The notes below the pieces were generated by a model. The model was given only the letters and a program-made list of their open reading frames with translations, made no database searches and was not told the DNA's origin. 64,000 bases of DNA. Origin: Candidatus Latescibacterota bacterium. Lineage in GTDB: Bacteria; Latescibacterota; UBA2968. The stretch covers positions 4,512,001 through 4,576,000 of the forward strand of contig OZ242320.1 of NCBI GenBank assembly GCA_965208125.1. Direction: 5' to 3'. This document shows positions 20,883-30,058 of this stretch, in pieces; the first letter of the stretch is position 1, and every line of letters starts with the position of its first letter. Position numbers and translations under genes: made by a program.

Positions 20883-23800
20883 TTAGTAGAGTACCTCAAA
20901 GCGCGATCCCAGATCGGGATATTTGGTGACTTCGATGCGTACGGGAAATGCCTGTTTGAGCGATTCGACGTGAGTGATGATCAAAATTTTTTCAAAATCC
21001 CCGCTGATGGCTTGAATAGCTTCCACGAGGTGGTCGAGTCCTTCGGCGTCCTGGGTGCCAAAGCCCTCGTCGATGACCAGGGTCCGCAGGCGCGTGCCCG
21101 TGCGGCGAGCGAGGAGTTTGGACAGGGCAATGCGAATAGAAAAGTCAATGCGAAAAGCTTCTCCACCCGAATAGAGTTCGTAGCTGCGTTCGCCGAGTTC
21201 GTCGCTAATTTTGATGTCCAGGGTTTCGCGCGTTCCCCCGGTTTTGAGATCGCGCAGAGATTCCAGGGCGATTTGGGTGCGGTTGTCCGTCAGGCGCGCG
21301 AGAATGCGATTGGCTTCTTCTTCAATTTCTGGAATGGCCTGTTCGATGATGAGCGCCTGAATGCCGTCTTTGCCAAATGCGGTGGTCAGTTCGCGGTAGA
21401 TACGGATATCGTGTTCGCAGGATTTGATTTTTTCCTCGACGGCGTTTTGTTCTGCGCTGAGTGCATCGCAGTGTTCAATTTGGGATTGCAGGGCGGCATT
21501 TTGTTGGAGCAGGTTGTCGCGCTGGGCGCGCATCTGTGCAATATTTTTTTCCAGAGCATTGGCTTCTTCAAGGGTTGATTCGGCGCTGTTGATGGCTGCA
21601 GCAATTTCTGTCAGGCGTTGTCGCGCTTGCCGGTCGCGCTCTGTGAGTTCTGTGAGGCGTTTTTTTGCGGTATCGACTTGCGTTTGTGCATTTTTAAGGT
21701 CGCGTTCGGCTACTTGAAGGCGTTCGTATTGCGCTGGCGCATCTCGCAGAGTGGCGAGTTGCTCGGAGATGCGCTGGTGGTGTTCGGCATTGTAATTCAG
21801 GGTGTGGATGCGATCGCGCACCTGCTCGCGTTCTGCTTGTTCGTTGAGCGCGTATTTGGCTTCATCCAGCCATTGTTGTGCGAGGTCGCGTTTTTCTCGA
21901 AATAGGGGCAATTCCGCGAGGATTTTTTCTTTTTGTTCTTCGGCGAGTTGGAGTTGGGCATTTTGTGTCTCAACAGAGTCGAGTTCTTTGAGTCTTTCGC
22001 GCAGGGTGCGGTGTTCAGCCGGGTTATAGGTCAGGTTTTCAAGCGCACTGCGGGCCTGCGATAGGGCGCGCGCATCCGGGCTGTTCTGGGTTTGGTCGCG
22101 CAATTGGGTTTCCAGGGCGTTGATTTCAGCCAACAATGTCTCGCGGGTTTGTACGGCATTTTCGGCTTCTTTTATTGCGGCTTCGGCTTCGGCGAGGTGT
22201 TGGACGATGCCTTCGCGCTGTGCGAGTTGGTTTTTAATCTCTTGATAGCGATGTCTATGTTGTTCGCGTTCTGCTTCGGATTTTTGAATATCCGATTCTA
22301 ACTGTGTGATCTGTATCTGTTGCTCTTGCAACTGCTTTGAGAGTTTGGCTGTTACTTCTTCTCGATGGGTCTGATCGAGTTCGCTACCACACAGGGGACA
22401 CGAAGCATCCTGAACATTTTGCATAATTTGCTGCTGTTGGGCGATGTCTTTGTGGGTTTTGCGCAGGGTGTCGAGGCGTTCGCTGTTGTTTTCGATCTGA
22501 ATTTTGAGGGCACTGCCTTTGTTGCGAATCTCATCGCGTTCGGTTTCGAGGGATTGGATTTTCTCTGCTTGTGTACGGAGAGATTGCCGCATTTTTCTGC
22601 GCGCTTCAATCTCGGCTACCAGTACATTGGTCTGCTGCAGTTGATGTGTGCGGGTGTTAATATCTATTTTTAGATTTTCAACGACGCTGTCTATTTGTCG
22701 CTCCAGGTCCCGGATATTGCGCTCAATGCGCTCCCGGTTTTCGCGTATCTCTTCCCATTCGCGGTCCTGTTGCCTGGCTTTGTGCAATGCTTCGATTTGT
22801 GTTTGAATGGTTTGACGATCGGAGAGAAGTGTTTCTGTTTCTCGCAATGCGCGTTCAGCGTCTCCAATGCGTATTTGCCATTCGCCGAGGCGGCGTTCCA
22901 CTTCGTGACGCTGGTCGGCAATTTTTTGATCGAGTTCTCCTGCGCGTTTCTCAAGTGGTCTCAGGGCGTGTAGTTTTGTCTGCAGGTCTGCGTCTTCTTT
23001 TTGGAGTGCCCGATATTTTTCGACGGCATTTGTGATTTCGGCGCGTCTGTCGAGGATTTCGCGATAGGTCGCCACATCTTGCCGCGCTTTTTCACACGCG
23101 GTTTGTTGTTCCCCCAGGTCCGATTCGATGCGCGATATGTCCTTTTGAAGGGCCTCGCGCTCGGCTTCATGGCGTTCGCGTTGGGTGCGTATTTTTAGCA
23201 GTGCTTCGCGGCGATTTTCCGCGTTTTCCAATTCGCTATTACAGGCATGGAGTTGTGCGTCGACGCTATCTCGCCGTGCTACAAATTCATCGCGTTTTTC
23301 TATGGTTTGCGCGATGTCATCTCTTCTTGCGCGAGCAGTTGCAAGTTCTATATCTCCCTCGCGTGCGTGCTCTCGCGCAAGGGAAGACAAGTCGTCGTAA
23401 TGCGATAGGCCAAGAATGTCTGAGAGAAGGGCTTTTCGCTGGCTCGCTTTGCAGCGCGTAAATTCATCTGCGCGTCCCTGAAGCAAAAAGGCCGAGTTGA
23501 TAAAGGTCTCGTATGTCATTCTCAACAGGGTGTCGATACTGGCCTGTGTCTGACGCACAGCGCTTTCTTCCGAGAGGGTTTTATACGCGTTCGTTTCCGG
23601 AGAGTAAACCTGAAATTCCAGGCGAGTGGTCGCGCTTTTGCCGGTTTTGCGAAAGCTGCGACTGATGCGATAGCGATCATTTTCGAGGAAGAATTCAAAA
23701 TCGACCCGCATTTCAGTGGCGCCAATTCGCAGCAGACCGTCGTTGGGACGACGATCACTGCCTGATTTGCGGGCTTCTCCCCACAGTGCCCAGGTGATGG

Positions 23801-23933
23801 CGTCGAGCAGAGCAGATTTGCCGTGCCCATTGCGACCAGATATGCAGGCGACGTGAAAGCTCGAAAAGTCGAGGGGGGGCACGTTTTCACCGTAGCTGAG
23901 AAAGTTCTGCAGGGAAAGGCTTATGGGAATCAT
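20883..23933 (-). CDS. sbcC: SbcC/Rad50 SMC-family ATPase
   Basis: Walker A GRNGHGKS, long coiled coil, CPLC zinc hook, YSGGE signature, IDEGFG Walker B. Confidence 0.95.
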   Translation of the reverse strand: MIPISLSLQNFLSYGENVPPLDFSSFHVACISGRNGHGKSALLDAITWALWGEARKSGSDRRPNDGLLRIGATEMRVDFEFFLENDRYRISRSFRKTGKSATTRLEFQVYSPETNAYKTLSEESAVRQTQASIDTLLRMTYETFINSAFLLQGRADEFTRCKASQRKALLSDILGLSHYDDLSSLAREHAREGDIELATARARRDDIAQTIEKRDEFVARRDSVDAQLHACNSELENAENRREALLKIRTQRERHEAEREALQKDISRIESDLGEQQTACEKARQDVATYREILDRRAEITNAVEKYRALQKEDADLQTKLHALRPLEKRAGELDQKIADQRHEVERRLGEWQIRIGDAERALRETETLLSDRQTIQTQIEALHKARQQDREWEEIRENRERIERNIRDLERQIDSVVENLKIDINTRTHQLQQTNVLVAEIEARRKMRQSLRTQAEKIQSLETERDEIRNKGSALKIQIENNSERLDTLRKTHKDIAQQQQIMQNVQDASCPLCGSELDQTHREEVTAKLSKQLQEQQIQITQLESDIQKSEAEREQHRHRYQEIKNQLAQREGIVQHLAEAEAAIKEAENAVQTRETLLAEINALETQLRDQTQNSPDARALSQARSALENLTYNPAEHRTLRERLKELDSVETQNAQLQLAEEQKEKILAELPLFREKRDLAQQWLDEAKYALNEQAEREQVRDRIHTLNYNAEHHQRISEQLATLRDAPAQYERLQVAERDLKNAQTQVDTAKKRLTELTERDRQARQRLTEIAAAINSAESTLEEANALEKNIAQMRAQRDNLLQQNAALQSQIEHCDALSAEQNAVEEKIKSCEHDIRIYRELTTAFGKDGIQALIIEQAIPEIEEEANRILARLTDNRTQIALESLRDLKTGGTRETLDIKISDELGERSYELYSGGEAFRIDFSIRIALSKLLARRTGTRLRTLVIDEGFGTQDAEGLDHLVEAIQAISGDFEKILIITHVESLKQAFPVRIEVTKYPDLGSRFEVLY

Positions 23934-25171
23934 TCGCTACCTCTGAGTTCGGCTTCAAGTTGCGCCCCGTAATTCTGAAGGTCTTTTTCGATGTCTTTGA
24001 GGTCGGGGTGATTTTGCAAATATGCGTGGAGCGCGTCTTTTATGCCCATATCTTCTGAAATATTAGCTCTGCGCTGCTGTTTTTGGACTCTGGGTTTGGG
24101 GGCTATGCTGGCGACCATGAATGCATCTTTGAGCGCGTTTTTGATGTCTTTGAGGTCAACGGTATCTGTGCGGTCCCCGGGCAAATCGTAGATGACGCGC
24201 ACAATGGCATCGGTCAGGGTGTGTTTGTCGATGGCTTCGAGTATGGCTGTTGTGGGATCCTGATCTGGGTCGATATCAACCGATACCGTGCAAAAGGGGC
24301 GAGCCGGTGTGTGTACAAATTTGTAAGATGTCGTCCGCCCTGTCTCCTGAGTCTCTATTGTGACCATGACGACGCCCTTGGTTTCTCGTTCTTCGCCAAA
24401 ATCAATGCGTTCAATGCTGCCGGAATATACGACTGGAGGCTGGGCATTGGTGTTGAGGTCCTGAAATTTGTGGATGTGACCCAGGGCGACGTAGTCAAAG
24501 GCGGGGTTGGCGAGTGTGCTGGTGAGAAAAACGGGATCGCGCCCAATGATTGCGGTTTGTTCAGAGCCGGATAAGGTGGCGTCGGCAGCAGCGAGATGCC
24601 CCACGAGAACGGCGGGGCTATCGGGCTTGACCTCTGCGACCAGACGGTCAATCAGGAGAGCACCCAGATTTTGAAGTTGTTCGACAACTTCTTCTTGCGA
24701 CAGGTTGTGATAGGGTCCCTGGGTCAACAGACGGCTGCGGTGTAGCCAGGGCAAGCAGGCAACTTGAATAGGACCAGATTTTGTATCAATGGGGATAAGG
24801 CGGTCTTCAGAGGCAATATGGACGCCTCTGGTGCCAAGTGTGCCAAAGATGTCAACAGATGAGGCTTTGCCATAAGATACGGGGCTGTCGTGGTTACCCG
24901 TGATCATGACGATGGGAATGTCGCGGGCACTGAGCATGTGAATGAGAGATGCGAATTCGCGCTGGTGCGTGGGCGTGGGGTCGCAGGAGCGATAGGCATC
25001 ACCGGCGAAGATGACGAGATCGACATCTTCTTTAATTGCTTCTTCAAACGCAAATCGCAGACTTTTGATAAAGTCTTGCAAGCGCGTGTGAAGGCCAGTA
25101 GCCGAATCGAGGCGACCGTAGTTTTCAACGCCAATATGGGTGTCGGCAACGTGTAGAAATTTGATGGACAT
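23930..25171 (-). CDS. sbcD: SbcD/Mre11 nuclease
   Basis: ADTHIG, AGD, GNHD, YVALGHIH, YSGS..RIDFGE; ATGA overlap with sbcC. Confidence 0.95.
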   Translation of the reverse strand: MSIKFLHVADTHIGVENYGRLDSATGLHTRLQDFIKSLRFAFEEAIKEDVDLVIFAGDAYRSCDPTPTHQREFASLIHMLSARDIPIVMITGNHDSPVSYGKASSVDIFGTLGTRGVHIASEDRLIPIDTKSGPIQVACLPWLHRSRLLTQGPYHNLSQEEVVEQLQNLGALLIDRLVAEVKPDSPAVLVGHLAAADATLSGSEQTAIIGRDPVFLTSTLANPAFDYVALGHIHKFQDLNTNAQPPVVYSGSIERIDFGEERETKGVVMVTIETQETGRTTSYKFVHTPARPFCTVSVDIDPDQDPTTAILEAIDKHTLTDAIVRVIYDLPGDRTDTVDLKDIKNALKDAFMVASIAPKPRVQKQQRRANISEDMGIKDALHAYLQNHPDLKDIEKDLQNYGAQLEAELRGSE

Positions 25172-25258
25172 AGTGTTATTATGGGGGAGGGAGAGGACAG
25201 GGGAAATTTAAAGAAGAAATAAGAACGTGGAAAGAGCAAAGTTGCACACAGCACAGGC

Positions 25259-27076
25259 TTATGGGCTTACCTCTGGCGTGAGTTTCACTTTGATTTTCAG
25301 ATTTGTGGCATCTGTGAAGTGAATCGCCAGTTTTCTGCGTCCCGTGTTATCGGCTTGTTTGGGATTGGGGGAGGTGGGCAAGGGAACTGCGTCGAGGACT
25401 GTAAATATCGCGTCGGATGGCGATAAAATTTCCGCTTTGAGATGTTTGCCCCTGCGCGTTAGCAGGGCGGTTTGGCCTTCGAGTTTGACACTGGCTCTCG
25501 TGTGCATGAACCACCAGAGTTCAGACGGGGATTTGGCTTCGATGTCGTCGGTAATCACGACATACTTATGGTCAATAATCTCAAAGGTGCGCTGTGCGTG
25601 CGTTACATTATCGGCATAAACATCGGTGAGATCGAGAATAGCTGTTGCGCGATTGGCCTCGGATTTGAAGGTGGTGATAGGGCATTCGGCTTTGGGATTC
25701 TGATCTGGACCATTGCCGGGATTAAAGACGAGGGTGTTGTGCCCTTCGGCGCGGATACGGTAGAATTCCCACCGTTGGCGTTTGTTGCGATGGGTTTGAT
25801 AGGTTTCGCGTTCTGTGCCCGAGTCGATAGCCCAGCGCTCACCGAGTACTTCGAGGATAAATGTGCCCTGATCGAGGTGCCGATGCATGCGAAGGTTGTG
25901 ATTGCCACCAGCCTGAATGCCCAATACGAGGGCATTGGGGTCGGTCCAGGAAGAACGCAGGGTGGCGACATCGGCTTTGCGAAAGTGTTTGTCGAGGGGC
26001 AGGGTACTGGGATCGAAGTCTTTTGCGCGGCCGTCGAACCACAGCAGGTCGAGCACTGTTCCCCTGCCGTATTGCCTGAGCGTATCGTAGCGAAACCAAC
26101 TGTAGTGTTGTATGCCGTAGTGCTTGCCCATCCAGAAGTGCATAGGGGAACTCACGCGCCGCAACCCGCAATCGGCAAAGTCAAAACTGTAGCGATCCGC
26201 CCCCGAGATGTAAATCTGATAATCTCCGCTTTCTTTGAACCCGGGTATAGCAGTGAGGTCAAAATCCGTGTCGAGTGCGCTGAACAGGCTGGATAAAAAG
26301 AGCACGTTGTAACGCGCACCATAATCGCAATAGGTCACGCCTTCGATACCCGCGCCATCCGGGGCGTAAAAATTCATTGATAGGGGGATGCCTTTGATGC
26401 CTGCGTGGAGAATTTCGCTGGCAAGTTCTGGTTCTTCATCGGCGATGGCGAGCGCGCCCATGCCAAGCCCACCGTTGCAGACCTGGTTCCAGTTGTTGTG
26501 ACTGCGCGTCCACCAGGCGTTTTCGCGATAGCCTTTTAAGCCGGGTTTGAGACCTTTTTCGACGATGGCGTTGCGCAGGATGTGACGTTGGTCTTCTGTC
26601 CAATGGTCGTATAACCAGTCGTAGCCAACGGCAAAGGCATAGGTCATTTCTGAGGTGTCGAGAAAGTGATCGGGATTCCAGTCTTTGAATTGCGCCGCGG
26701 ATTCGAGTTCTGCCCAGGCGCGATATAGATAGGGTTTTCCGCCTTCCATGAGATAGACAAAGGCGAGTTGCCGCACGCGCTCTTTGACGCGACGGCTGGT
26801 GGAGAGCAACCGCCTTCCGTCGGGGATGCTGTATTTTGATGGTTTTTGTGCGAGTATTTCCCGAGTTTCTCGCTTGACCCGACGGTAGATTTTGGCGGCG
26901 ACCGTATCTTGAGCGATTTGCTCTTTGATACGCGCGATGGTGTTTGCATCTATCATCAGACGCGGATGTCCGGGTTTCAGGGTCGTTAGAACCTGATCCG
27001 GGTTAGGGGATGTGAATGCTTCTGTGTGTGTTTGGGTGCTCAGCATGAGCATGATTATTATCGCGATTAATTTCAT
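25259..27076 (-). CDS. Secreted heparinase II/III-like polysaccharide lyase
   Basis: Signal peptide; HPRL, HFLD, NNWNQVC, H.HLD.G.F, GHNTL motifs. Confidence 0.8.
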   Translation of the reverse strand: MKLIAIIIMLMLSTQTHTEAFTSPNPDQVLTTLKPGHPRLMIDANTIARIKEQIAQDTVAAKIYRRVKRETREILAQKPSKYSIPDGRRLLSTSRRVKERVRQLAFVYLMEGGKPYLYRAWAELESAAQFKDWNPDHFLDTSEMTYAFAVGYDWLYDHWTEDQRHILRNAIVEKGLKPGLKGYRENAWWTRSHNNWNQVCNGGLGMGALAIADEEPELASEILHAGIKGIPLSMNFYAPDGAGIEGVTYCDYGARYNVLFLSSLFSALDTDFDLTAIPGFKESGDYQIYISGADRYSFDFADCGLRRVSSPMHFWMGKHYGIQHYSWFRYDTLRQYGRGTVLDLLWFDGRAKDFDPSTLPLDKHFRKADVATLRSSWTDPNALVLGIQAGGNHNLRMHRHLDQGTFILEVLGERWAIDSGTERETYQTHRNKRQRWEFYRIRAEGHNTLVFNPGNGPDQNPKAECPITTFKSEANRATAILDLTDVYADNVTHAQRTFEIIDHKYVVITDDIEAKSPSELWWFMHTRASVKLEGQTALLTRRGKHLKAEILSPSDAIFTVLDAVPLPTSPNPKQADNTGRRKLAIHFTDATNLKIKVKLTPEVSP

Positions 27077-27093
27077 GATGTGTTTTTAACGAC

Positions 27094-27129
27094 AACGAGT
27101 TCGCTCAGTAAAAACCGAGCGAACTCGTT
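27094..27129 (-). terminator. Strong hairpin after the LRR gene
   Basis: aacgagttcgctc...gagcgaactcgtt, 13-bp stem. Confidence 0.7.
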
Positions 27130-27158
27130 TGGTTATAACCTGAGATTTCTACAGGTAT

Positions 27159-27917
27159 TTAGCTGTCGGTATTTACCTTAACCTCTCTTTTTTTCAAGGC
27201 GGGAACATGCGTGTTCATCGATGCCTCGTTCAAAGCATTGCGCCTGATACTCAGTGTTGTCAGATTGGCCAGGCCAGCGGCCGGTGCGATATCGGCGACT
27301 TTGTTGTTGTTGAGGTTCAGGTTTTTCAACTCTGCCATGCCCGACACGACCGAAATATCCGCGACTTTGTTGCCAGAAAGATTCAGCGTTCTCAGTTTGG
27401 TCAAGCCCGACAATGCCGAAATATCAGAAACGTTGCGATTCGCAGTGAGATGCAACGTTCTTAGATTGGTTAATTTAGCAAGTGCCGATATGTCGGATAC
27501 ATTATTGCGGGTCAGATTCAGCGTTCTCAGTTTTTTCAAACTCGAGAGTGCCGAAAGGTCTGAGACAGCGTTGCTGTTGACAACCTTATTTTCCACGCGC
27601 GTAGCACCGAGGTTCAGTACTGTCAAATTTTTTGCATGCTCGAGTCCGCTCAAATCACTGATGTTTGCATTTTGCGCGAAAAGGCGTCTCAATTTTGCCA
27701 TGTCAGCCGTAGTGATTATGTCATCGCTCGCCTTGCCGAGGGAATCCGCAATGACCGCACGCAGATTAGCGTCGGCGATCATGACTGGTTTTGGCTCCAT
27801 TTTTTTAGCAGCGCTCTCGCTTTTTTGCTCGCTCTTTAGATGGTGGCCTGCGTCACTCGCGCTATAGCTGCATGCAATGAGGAGTGCGAGAATCAGGGGG
27901 AGATGTCGATACTTCAT
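27159..27917 (-). CDS. Internalin-type leucine-rich-repeat lipoprotein
   Basis: LLIAC lipobox, D.NLR..I cap, 22-aa repeats L..LNL..N.VSDISAL..L; GGAGG SD before MKYRH. Confidence 0.85.
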   Translation of the reverse strand: MKYRHLPLILALLIACSYSASDAGHHLKSEQKSESAAKKMEPKPVMIADANLRAVIADSLGKASDDIITTADMAKLRRLFAQNANISDLSGLEHAKNLTVLNLGATRVENKVVNSNAVSDLSALSSLKKLRTLNLTRNNVSDISALAKLTNLRTLHLTANRNVSDISALSGLTKLRTLNLSGNKVADISVVSGMAELKNLNLNNNKVADIAPAAGLANLTTLSIRRNALNEASMNTHVPALKKREVKVNTDS

Positions 27918-28130
27918 GGTTTTACCTCCAGATGGGGGTGAATGAGGCACGCAAAGTGCCCACACTAAATGGATGAAATACTGAGCACATTGACGTAACA
28001 GCTTACGAGAGATTTTCTCCTTTCTGTTGGAAATGGATGTTCCTGTGTGCTCTAATCAAAAGTATGATAATATAAAAACGGTTGATTGGTCAACAAAAAA
28101 TAATAGGTAAGATAAGAGGAGAGGGAGTGG

Positions 28131-29879
28131 CTAACGATTGAGGTCGAGTTGTGCCGACCACGAGGAGGTGCGGTGGTGGCTGTAGCGCGTTGATAGGCGG
28201 AAATGCGCGGTTGCCCAGGTGAGGCGCAGGCCGCGATTGGTGCCGTCTCCCGAGAGGGTGAGCAAGCGTATGCCGCCCCAGACATCGGGTTCAACATCGT
28301 AGATACGCGCGTTGTAGGATGAGATTTTGTGATGGGTGGCCCATAGCGCGAGGGAGAAGCCCGTTGATTTGCCGAGTTGGAGGCGAAGTCCGGCAGCATT
28401 TCCCGATGTACCGGCGTGGGCGCGCTGTAGCCATGCGGTCATGGCGCGGGTGGGGCGTTTGTAGGTGAGCGCGAGGCGAAGGCTCTGGCGGGGGACGCGA
28501 TTTGTCGCGCTTCTGGCATCGGCGGTCAGGCGCGCAGAAAACCCCCTGCTGAATCGGTGGGTTAAATTGAGCCGCAGGCGGACGCCTCGTTCTGGCAGTG
28601 CGCTTTTTTCTGGAGCGAGATGACCGTGACGGTCGAGGGCGATATCGAGGCGTTTGCGTTTTGATATGCGCCAGGCGAGACCAAAGAACGCGCCCCATTC
28701 GTTGTTGGGGGGGGAGCCGTATGCTGCATAAGGGGCGCCATGTAAGCTGTGGAAATTGGCGCCATAGTATCTGCCAATGAGGTGGAGACGCAGGGTGGGT
28801 GTGCCAGCGACGAGGCCGGTTATGAAAGCTTTCGAGGTGATTTCGCCAAACAGGGCGATGTGGTCGGCGCGGTAGAGGGCGTTGAGGCTGAATAACATGC
28901 CTGCCCGAGCGGTGCGCGGCACTGCAGATGCTCCGACTGTGTCAGACACGACGGGTGAGAAGGCCGTGTTGAGAATTGTCAATCCAATGTGTTTTTGCGA
29001 GGACCCAATGGCTATGTTCGCGCCTATAAGGCGTTCGCGAAGTGAATTTTTGCGCGCTTGTGAGGTTTCGGTGTGGTGAAGGCCGCTGGTGTAGATGCGC
29101 GTGTTGGAGCCAAAGGTCGCATCCCATGTCATTCGGCCATACATCAAGCTCCAGAGCAGGTGGGTATGTGAGCCGCTCAGGTAAATGCCGCGCAGGGCAC
29201 CGTGTTCTGTGCTGGTGCGGTTGCCCAGTTGCGTGGCGGTGCGGGCGCGTGCATAACTCAAGCCGGTCGCGCTACGGGTGCGGCGCGAAAAGAGTAACCC
29301 CTGTCCCCATTCTGGACGCACATCTCCTATGATGATGTTGACGCGCGAAAGGGGCAGGGCAATATATCCGGTGACATGATCGGTAAGGGTCGGTTCTTCC
29401 GGGTCGCGCTCGGTGAGAAAAAAGGCTGAGAGGCGCGCGGGCGAAGCGATTTCGAGTCGCTGGTAGAGACGCAGGTCGCCAAAGCTATTGGTGCGTTTGG
29501 AAGGGCGCGAGACGCGGGATTTGTATTGCAAACGCCATGGGCGCAGAGGTGCGATGGACAGATAGGGCGCAATGAGATCGATGTATTCTTCCGATAAGCC
29601 CTGCACATGGGCGAGTTCTGCAAGGGTGCGATAGGGGCGACGGGCGATGATTCGTTGGGCGAGTTCTGGGGTGAGACCGGGCAGAATGAGCAGGTCTTTC
29701 GCACTTGCGCGATTGAGTTCGAGGCTTATGCCTTCGAGGTCGCGTAACAAGTCGTTATAAGCTTCGGCTTCGCCTTCGGTGTAGATGGCGGGCGGTTGTG
29801 CAAATAGGAGCGCGGGAAGGCACAGGGTGAACACAATGTGCCATGCGAGCGTGCGGAAGTGAAAGATGTGTTCTGGCAT
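28131..29879 (-). CDS. ComEA-like helix-hairpin-helix protein fused to a putative beta-barrel
   Basis: Signal peptide; LNRAS..DL..LPGL...LA..II..RPY....EL..V.GL; WGQGL motif; amphipathic strands. Confidence 0.75.
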   Translation of the reverse strand: MPEHIFHFRTLAWHIVFTLCLPALLFAQPPAIYTEGEAEAYNDLLRDLEGISLELNRASAKDLLILPGLTPELAQRIIARRPYRTLAELAHVQGLSEEYIDLIAPYLSIAPLRPWRLQYKSRVSRPSKRTNSFGDLRLYQRLEIASPARLSAFFLTERDPEEPTLTDHVTGYIALPLSRVNIIIGDVRPEWGQGLLFSRRTRSATGLSYARARTATQLGNRTSTEHGALRGIYLSGSHTHLLWSLMYGRMTWDATFGSNTRIYTSGLHHTETSQARKNSLRERLIGANIAIGSSQKHIGLTILNTAFSPVVSDTVGASAVPRTARAGMLFSLNALYRADHIALFGEITSKAFITGLVAGTPTLRLHLIGRYYGANFHSLHGAPYAAYGSPPNNEWGAFFGLAWRISKRKRLDIALDRHGHLAPEKSALPERGVRLRLNLTHRFSRGFSARLTADARSATNRVPRQSLRLALTYKRPTRAMTAWLQRAHAGTSGNAAGLRLQLGKSTGFSLALWATHHKISSYNARIYDVEPDVWGGIRLLTLSGDGTNRGLRLTWATAHFRLSTRYSHHRTSSWSAQLDLNR

Positions 29880-29965
29880 TGGGCGCGTTTGCGGTATAAA
29901 GGTCTGTATTTACAGTAGATTGCTTTATTACTGCAATAGACCTTAAGCAAACGGTATGCCAGAAG

Positions 29966-30058
29966 AATTAAGAAGTGTGAAGTAAGAAGTAAGAAGATCA
30001 CCCAACCACCCAAAGGCTGGTGCCTCATTTCACACTTCCTACTTCCTACTTCCTACTT
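29966..30058. repeat. Inverted heptamer arrays (AAGTAAG-like facing CCTACTT-like)
   Basis: aattaag-aagtgtg-aagtaag-aagtaag at 29966-29993 facing ctcattt-cacactt-(cctactt)x3 at 30024-30058. Confidence 0.7.

Noticed and set aside
20883-25171. SMC plus nuclease as a Wadjet/Lamassu-type defence system
   Set aside because: The zinc hook and Mre11 motifs fit ordinary SbcCD, and no effector or kleisin genes are adjacent
27211-27867. 218-aa plus-strand ORF with repeats
   Set aside because: Antisense shadow of the LRR gene
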